From Octopus bimaculoides (lineage: Eukaryota), in assembly GCF_001194135.2 (NCBI RefSeq), contig NC_068984.1:23381398-23421465 (forward strand): a DNA stretch of 40,068 nt. The letters run 5' to 3'. Position 1 is the stretch's first letter, and each line of letters begins with the position of its first letter. Under the pieces are notes generated by a model that was not told the origin of the DNA, did no database searches, and saw only the letters and a program-made list of their open reading frames with translations. Position numbers and translations under genes: made by a program. Shown piece by piece: positions 37,004-40,068 of the stretch.

Positions 37004-37595
37004 NNNNNNNNNNNNNNNNNNNNNNNNNNNNNNNNNNNNNNNNNNNNNNNNNNNNNNNNNNNNNNNNNNNNNNNNNNNNNNNNNNNNNNNNNNNNNNNNN
37101 NNNNNNNNNNNNNNNNNNNNNNNNNNNNNNNNNNNNNNNNNNNNNNNNNNNNNNNNNNNNNNNNNNNNNNNNNNNNNNNNNNNNNNNNNNNNNNNNNNNN
37201 NNNNNNNNNNNNNNNNNNNNNNNNNNNNNNNNNNNNNNNNNNNNNNNNNNNNNNNNNNNNNNNNNNNNNNNNNNNNNNNNNNNNNNNNNNNNNNNNNNNN
37301 NNNNNNNNNNNNNNNNNNNNNNNNNNNNNNNNNNNNNNNNNNNNNNNNNNNNNNNNNNNNNNNNNNNNNNNNNNNNNNNNNNNNNNNNNNNNNNNNNNNN
37401 NNNNNNNNNNNNNNNNNNNNNNNNNNNNNNNNNNNNNNNNNNNNNNNNNNNNNNNNNNNNNNNNNNNNNNNNNNNNNNNNNNNNNNNNNNNNNNNNNNNN
37501 NNNNNNNNNNNNNNNNNNNNNNNNNNNNNNNNNNNNNNNNNNNTGCATGTGTTGTTCACACATATGATGCGGAATATGAACGTAAATAAATTAAT

Positions 37596-37857
37596 TAAAA
37601 AGTCTCTATCTGATCTGATATAAACGAAATTGTTACAAACACACATATGAACGCACATACTTACATATAAGCACGAACACATAAGTGCGTGCACACATAT
37701 GAGCGTGCACACATACGAGCTTGCACACACTCACATGCTCATACCAAACAGTTTCGAAATAACGCCAAAACAACGCCAAAACAACGCCAGATCATACATT
37801 CAAAATAAATGGAAGTGGAGAGACAAGTTACTGAAGAGATTGCAAGAGTGCAATGAA
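37596..37857 (+). repeat. Local repeat copy 3
   Basis: Shares the 11-bp (AACGCCAAAAC) expansion and AAAAGTCTCTATCTGATCTG with copy 2. Confidence 0.92.
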
Positions 37858-38503
37858 CGAAAGGGATTAAAATTTTGATATTCCGTATCAAAGGTTCCGA
37901 AAAGAATAGGCGGAAAAACAGAGCTTGAGACAAGAAGACAGTTTTGACCAATCGGAATTCTGTTTACATAATCAGTTTGATCGGCCACCTTCTTCTGTCG
38001 GTTGAGTAAAGTGTCATGCAAGCTGATGTTTATTGGTAATCAAACTTATTTTGCAACACTTGTGTGTATTTATCAGCTTTGTTTTTGTTGATAAGAATTA
38101 TCACCAACTTTTCCTGTGATCATGATCTGAGAAGACATAAAGAAGTATGCTAAAGATCAGACATAATCTCTTGTGGGCAAGAAATGTAAAATAAAGTTTA
38201 TAATAAACATAAACACTTTGTAATTTAGTAACTTTCAATGTGATACCTGTTAAACAGAAATTATTCTTATTTAATGAAAATTTAATAAAATCTAATCATA
38301 AGTAAAGTAAATTATGCTAAATACAACTAAATTGAAAACCTTTTTCTCTTGGCCATACTGGCAATTCTGAAAACTTTTGGATACGAATTTTACACGAGTA
38401 GAAGCTTTTTTTAAACAATTTTTTTTTCCTGAAAATCATATATATATATAACGTGATGTGAATTTCAGTGTAGTTCTAAAATGTTTAATGTTTTTAATTG
38501 CAG

Positions 38504-38616
38504 ACAGATATAATGGGGCATGTATCACTGAGTGCCTAAAACAATCGAAGAATAAAGTTGACTCGAGCTATCTCCACGTATGCTCGGATGCGTGCAGACA
38601 TCGTATATTCGTGTAG
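38504..38616 (+). CDS. Terminal coding exon: (Y)RYNGACITECLKQSKNKVDSSYLHVCSDACRHRIFV*
   Basis: Acceptor tttttaattgcAG (38502-03). The only open frame is phase 1, matching the 32853 donor. It encodes two C-x3-C motifs and ends in a TAG TGA double stop. Confidence 0.72.
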
Positions 38617-38753
38617 TGATTGCATTCAAGTCATTTTGAATACAACTAGAAAAATGAAACCAGAAACATCACTCCTGAGCACGTCTAATCCCCTTAAATT
38701 AAATAAGAAAGAAACAATATTATTTGTGAATACATCCGATGTATTTTAACGGA

Positions 38754-38790
38754 AATAAAGCATTTCAAATACATTCTTTCTTGTGATTCT
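38754..38790 (+). terminator. Polyadenylation signal and downstream element
   Basis: AATAAA at 38754-59, CA at 38772-73, then U/GU-rich ttctttcttgtgattcttttc. Confidence 0.55.
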
Positions 38791-38935
38791 TTTCAACTTT
38801 TGGCACAGGGCCAGAAATTTCGGCGAGGGAGTAAGGCAAAGTCGACCTCGGCGGAATTTGAACTCAGAACGTAGCGACGAGCGAAATACTGCTAAGCATT
38901 TTGCCTGGCGTGCTAACGATTCTTCTAGGCACCCT
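38790..38935 (-). mobile_element. SINE family C, internally deleted
   Basis: ggcaaagtcgacctcggcggaatttgaactcagaacgtagcg..gcgtgctaacg is the reverse complement of the 35149 head. Confidence 0.85.
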
Positions 38936-38940
38936 GCCTT

Positions 38941-39047
38941 GAGAAGAAGAAGAAGAAGAAGAAGAAGTAGAAGAAGAAGAAGAAGAAGAAGAAGAAGAAG
39001 AAGAAGAAGAAGAAGAAGAAGAAGAAGAAGAAGAAGAAGAAGAAGAA
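38941..39047 (+). repeat. (GAA)n microsatellite
   Basis: Directly visible, with one GTA interruption. Confidence 0.97.
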
Positions 39048-39199
39048 AGTGGTGGTAGACGTGATGGTGGTGAGGATGGTGGTAGGACCAAAATGAAACA
39101 AAATATAAAGAAAAATTAAACGTAGAGATATAAGGGAAACGGACAGCATTAAAAAAGTAGAAGTGTTAGATCTGAAATATTCTGATTACTTCCTACATA

Positions 39200-39580
39200 T
39201 AAATTATGGCATAGGCTTGGAGCAACAATATTTTGCAGTGTTTGCAGTAACAAACAGATTACGAAGCTTTCTTCGAACAATTTGGGATACATAAAAAAAA
39301 ATGGTTGTTTTCTCTGCGAGACACAAGGGACCAATGTAGTTTGAGGTATAAACAACTGAGAAAGTAAGGTGAAGCAAAGCTAAGGATGGACAGCCATTTT
39401 TTTTTTAAAGCTGCAATCAAATTACACCATATTCCATCACGGAAGGAGAAACGCCTTTAAAATTTCAGAGTATTGGAATTGAGTGCGCTGTTGCTGGCGA
39501 TATAAAACGTGAGAAGAGATAATTAACCTAAATGTTGTTTTTGAAGATTACTAATAAAATAGTCTTTACAGTTTTAAAAA
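39200..39580 (+). pseudogene. Possible decayed CGGBP1-type/hAT zinc-finger fragment
   Basis: IFCSVCSNKQI and a later AL/VAGDI...FLKITNKI segment resemble such N-termini only after frame-hopping. Confidence 0.25.
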
Positions 39581-39697
39581 TATGAATTTAACGTTAAGTT
39601 AAATATTTAACTTTATCTTCTATGTAAGATCAGTGTTTTTTTTCTCAGTCTTCGACATTCCCGGAGTTTAATGTTTTCTTCCTGTCTTTATTTACTT

Positions 39698-40068
39698 ACT
39701 AGCAGAGATACCCGGCGTTGCCCGTCTTACATGCAATTGAAAAATGAGACTTTTCTGTTATATTTTCTGTAAGGAACTGGAATACATATGATTCGAATTT
39801 CATCAAAATTGCACATGAGGGTTCTTTCCCTCTTTACACATCCTAAAAAAATTCTAATCATGAGACATGTATCCCATACTATTGATCTTTATGCGCATAT
39901 TCCAAAATTTCAGTCTTCTGGAACCTGTGAAAAAGATTTTACTCCTGCAAAATGGAGCTCATGGAGCTCTAAAATGTGGGAATGAAGGCCCCTATTGGGG
40001 GTGGGGGTGTTAATGTCAACCAGAGAAGTTGAATTGTTGGGAATGTTTTTACTTGGGTCTTATAGTAT
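39698..40068 (+). mobile_element. Non-autonomous Helitron-like element, 5' part (continues past the window)
   Basis: Begins ACTAGCAGAGATACCCGGCGTTGCCCG in a T-rich site; internal AAATTTCATCAAAAT and AAAATTTCAGTC blocks are typical of these elements. Confidence 0.55.

Overview
This is AT-rich eukaryotic genomic DNA with many N-gaps and dense microsatellites. The repeat families look like those of a coleoid cephalopod, probably Octopus (inference from recognition; no search was run). Most of the window is decayed mobile DNA: several tRNA-derived SINE families, Penelope-like RT fragments, R4/Dong-type non-LTR pieces stacked at (TAA)n, and piggyBac, Tc1, DD37D mariner-like, hAT-like, gypsy-protease and Helitron-like remnants. 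The long ORFs in the supplied track are mostly microsatellite or gap artefacts. The main result is a small spliced gene on the + strand that the ORF track misses. A signal-peptide exon (ATG 32787, donor after 32853) joins in phase to a terminal exon (38504-38616, AATAAA at 38754). The product is a 59-aa precursor, MKILITMALLFIMTGNEICEA|QYRYNGACITECLKQSKNKVDSSYLHVCSDACRHRIFV, with a C-x3-C-x15-C-x3-C mature peptide that I do not recognise. A candidate promoter and first exon lie at 21706-21810. The intron between the two coding exons carries nested long inverted repeats and a perfect 26-bp palindrome. No prokaryotic features or CRISPR arrays are seen.
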